A DNA stretch of 64,000 nt from Macrostomum lignano (taxonomy: Eukaryota), in contig NIVC01002437.1 of NCBI GenBank assembly GCA_002269645.1, positions 62,001-126,000 of the forward strand. Direction: 5' to 3'. The notes beneath the pieces were generated by a model. That model searched no databases. It worked only from the letters and a program-made list of their open reading frames with translations, and had not been told where the DNA came from. The stretch's first letter is position 1. Each line of letters starts with the position of its first letter. Shown here piece after piece: positions 46,968-64,000 of the stretch. The translations under genes and the position numbers were made by a program.

Positions 46968-48005
46968 AAATCTACTCAGATTAGACTAACCAAATCTACT
47001 CAGATTAGACTAACCAAATCTACTCAGATTAGACTAATCGAATCTACTCAGATTAGAGTAACCAAATCTACTCAGATTAGACTAACCAAATCTACTCAGA
47101 TTAGACTAAACAAATCTACTCAGATTAGACTAATCAAATCTACTCAGATTAGACTAACCAAATCTACTCAGATTAGACTAATCGAATCTACTCAGATTAG
47201 ACTAACCAAATCTACTCAGATTAGACTAATCGAATCTACTCAGATTAGACTAAACAAATCTACTCAGATTAGACTAACCAAATCTACTCAGATTAGACTA
47301 AACAAATCTACTCAGATTAGACTAAACAAATCTACTCAGATTAGACTAAACAAATCTACTCAGATTAGACTAACCAAATCTACTCAGATTAGACTAACCA
47401 AATCTACTCAGATTAGACTAATCGAATCTACTCAGATTAGACTAACCAAATCTACTCAGATTAGACTAATCGAATCTGCTCAGTTAAGACTAATCAAATC
47501 TACTCAGATTAGACTAATCAAGTCTACTCAGATTAGACTAACCAAATCTACTCAGATTAGACTAATCGAATCTACTCAGATTAGACTAACCAAATCTACT
47601 CAGATTAGACTAATCGAATCTACTCAGTTAAGACTAATCAAATCTACTCAGATTAGACTAATCAAGTCTACTCAGATTAGACTAATCAAATCTACTCAGA
47701 TTAGACTAACCAAATCTACTCAGATTAGACTAATCAAATCTACTCAGATTAGATTAACCAAATCTACTCAGATTAGACTAATCAAATCTACTCAGATTAG
47801 ACTAACCAAATCTACTCAGATTAGACTAACCAAATCTACTCAGATTAGACTAATCAAATCTACTCAGATTAGACTAATCGAATCTACTCAGATTAGACTA
47901 ACCAAATCTACTCAGATTAGACTAACCAAATCTACTCAGATTAGACTAATCGAATCTACTCAGTTAAGACTAATCAAATCTACTCAGATTCGACTAATCG
48001 AATCT
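46968..48005. repeat. 24-bp minisatellite (aatctactcagattagactaacca)
   Basis: Period 24; this is the source of the spurious KSTQIRLT ORF. Confidence 0.96.
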
Positions 48006-48886
48006 GCTTGATCCCTATACTAAAAATTATATCATATTTTATTAATATAATTAATATAATTAATATAATTAATGTAAATATAATTAATTAAGCAATTATA
48101 TTCCCAGCACGTCAAGAGTTTCTTAACATTTTTTCATTTTCAACCCATCAAATCATTCTTGAAGGAATCTGTTGGGAGATCCTACATGTGCCTTATTATA
48201 CCAGACCCCAGTGCATGTCAAGATCAATGGGAGTCCCTGGAACACGAATAAGGATTAGCTGTTGAGTACAGGTGATCAGTTTAATCAAAGAATTTTACAA
48301 AATTCTTTCAAAGAATTCTACATTTCCGAAATCTCCATTTTCAAGACCACCTCTTGTTAGGAAACAGGGAAATTTTTGTCACTCCATATCCTGGTTCCGG
48401 GCCTCCATGGCCTCAGGATCTCATTGGGTGCAGGCAGTCCAATCAAGGTTGCCACCCGCCAGTATGAGGAAGGTAAAACTTGAGTCCAAAATAATCTTCC
48501 CAAGACTCCGAACTCAAGCGCACCGACCATGATCAAAACGTTGATCCTCGTCCACCGGACTTCTCCTCCAACTCCGAGCCAACTTCAAGGACCGCAGAGG
48601 CAGTAAAGTTGTCCAGCCAGTAGTCCCAACCTGTCCACTTGACGACCGGCCCAAATTGGACAAGAAATCGGTTGCTTCTCTCATCGAAAAAGATAGATTT
48701 TTTAAACCTGTATTATACTCGGGTATTTTAGTCTGCACTTTCCTTGTCTGAGGTATTAACAGAGGGATATCGGATAAGTTGATAGCTTTCTGCATGACCA
48801 GGATGTAAGTAACGTAAAGGTCATCAGCAGATTAATAGGCCTACAATATCTCATTCGATATTGCACTATATTATTTTGACAACTAA

Positions 48887-62343
<13,457 letters not shown>

Positions 62344-62349
62344 GTGAGG

Positions 62350-62554
62350 CTGCCTGTCTGTCTGCCTGCCTGTCTGCCTGCCTGCCTGTCTGTCTGTCTG
62401 TCTGCCTGCCTGCCTGTCTGTCTGTCTGTCTGCCTGCCTGCCTGTCTGTCTGCCTGCCTGCCTGTCTGCCTGTCTGCCTGCCTGTCTGTCTGTCTGTCTG
62501 TGTGTCTGTCTGTCTGTGTGTCTGTCTGTCTGTCTGTGTGTCTGTCTGTCTGTG

Positions 62555-62649
<95 letters not shown>

Positions 62650-63280
62650 GTGTCTGTGTGTCTGTGTGTCTGTGTGTCTGTGTGTCTGTGTGTCTGTCTG
62701 TCTGTCTGTCTGTCTGTGTGTAATAGTTCTCGTAGAGCTAGTTACTAGTAGGGCTAGTTACTAGTAGAGATAGTTACTAGTAGGGCTAGTTACTAGTAGG
62801 GCTAGTTACTAGTAGGGCTAGTTACTAGTAGGGCTAGTTACTAGTAGGGCTAGTTACTAGTAGGATTAGTTACTAGTGGGGCTAATTACTAGTAGGGCTA
62901 GTTACTAGTAGGGCTAGTTACTAGTAGGATTAGTTACTAGTGGGGCTAATTTCTAGTAGGGCTAATTACTAGTAGGGCTAGTTACTAGTAGAGCTAGTTA
63001 CTAGTAGGGCTAGTTACTAGTAGGATTAGTTACTAGTAGGGCTAGTTACTAGTAGGGCTAGTTACTAGTAGGGCTAGTTACTAGTAGGGCTAGTTACTAG
63101 TAGGGCTAGTTACTAGTAGGGCTAGTTACTAGTAGGGCTAGTTACTAGTAGGATTAGTTACTAGTAGGGCTAGTTACTAGTAGGGCTAGTTACTAGTAGG
63201 GCTAGTTACTAGTAGGGCTAGTTACTAGTAGGGCTAGTTACTAGTAGGGCTAATTACTAGTAGGGCTTAGTTATTAGCTC
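62350..63280. repeat. (tgtc/tgcc)n microsatellite (62350-62720) then 16-bp ctagtagggctagtta repeat (62735-63280), in nAChR intron 5
   Basis: Starts ~5 nt after the donor at 62344. Confidence 0.95.
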
Positions 63281-63789
63281 GTAGAAAGGTGGGAGGCATG
63301 CAGCGTGACAGTTCCTTGCAATCTTAGTGAAATGGAAGCAAAATTCAGTACAGAAGTGAAAACTATTACAGGAAATTATCAGTTGGAAAAATTAGAAATT
63401 ACTTCGGGAGAAAAGTAGTCAGGGCTTCACACTACACAATATAGATTAGTAAGCCAGAGGTTATTAACAAAGGGTTTTCTCCTCTCAAAAGACTGCAACA
63501 GAAAATTCAACGAAAAGGCCAACGAAGGAAAGAAGAAGGAATGCCCCAGAAATTTCATCACGAAGAGGCGGTGTTTCCATTTTCTTGTTGTCGCACTCGG
63601 GGCGTCACGGACTTTCGGGTGGGTCCTGGATGGAGCAGGGAGACTGGGAAATGTGAAGCAAATAATTTTATATGAACTCACTGAATTCATTCGGAAGACA
63701 GAGACTAAGACAGTGAAAGAGGGAAAGAGCGAAAGGGAGAGATTAAGAGTGAGAGAGACATCGTGTGAGTGAGAATGAGAATGATACAG

Positions 63790-64000
63790 TGAAAGAGGGA
63801 GGCAGTAAGAGAAGGAGACAGTGAGAGGGAGAGGCAGTGAGAGAGGGAGACAATGAGGGAGGGAGACAGTGAGAGAGGGAGACAGTGAGAGGGAGAGACA
63901 GTGAGAGGGGAGACAGTGAGAGAGGGAGACAGTGAGAGAGGGAGACAGTGAGAGAGGGAGACAGTGAGAGAGGGAGAGACAGTGAGAGAGGGAGACAGTG
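63790..64000. repeat. Purine-rich gagagggagacagtga repeat
   Basis: Runs off the window end. Confidence 0.9.

Noticed and set aside
48180-48800. GC-balanced stretch with short minus-strand ORFs, possibly a TE ORF or exons of another gene
   Set aside because: No recognisable motif or consistent splice model; would need BLASTx.

Overview
Repeat-rich, intron-containing eukaryotic DNA, most likely an invertebrate animal. A lophotrochozoan or flatworm origin is only an inference, from a 37-nt intron and the nAChR type. Host genes reconstructed from splice sites: the 3' exons of an SLC5 Na+/solute symporter (+), two tandem GT31 beta-1,3-galactosyltransferase paralogues (+), a complete 4-exon ARP1/centractin gene (-), a tandem-C2-domain protein (+) and the first five exons of a nicotinic acetylcholine receptor alpha subunit (+). 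Most large introns are filled with their own minisatellite. Mobile DNA: a head-to-tail dimer of a non-autonomous Helitron (7958-13770) carrying a tRNA-Ser-like cassette, a decayed Gypsy pol, and a ~7.06 kb cut-and-paste element (19863-26925), which is the main finding. That element sits exactly between AAA and TTT with no target-site duplication (Spy/PHIS-like). Its terminal inverted repeats are 1.15 kb and 2.1 kb long and are built from a 161-bp tandem unit. It encodes one uninterrupted ORF fusing a Zn-finger/HTH/DDE transposase to a USP-type (peptidase C19) deubiquitinase domain with the catalytic Cys, His and Asp motifs present. No database searches were run; family calls rest on motif recognition by eye.
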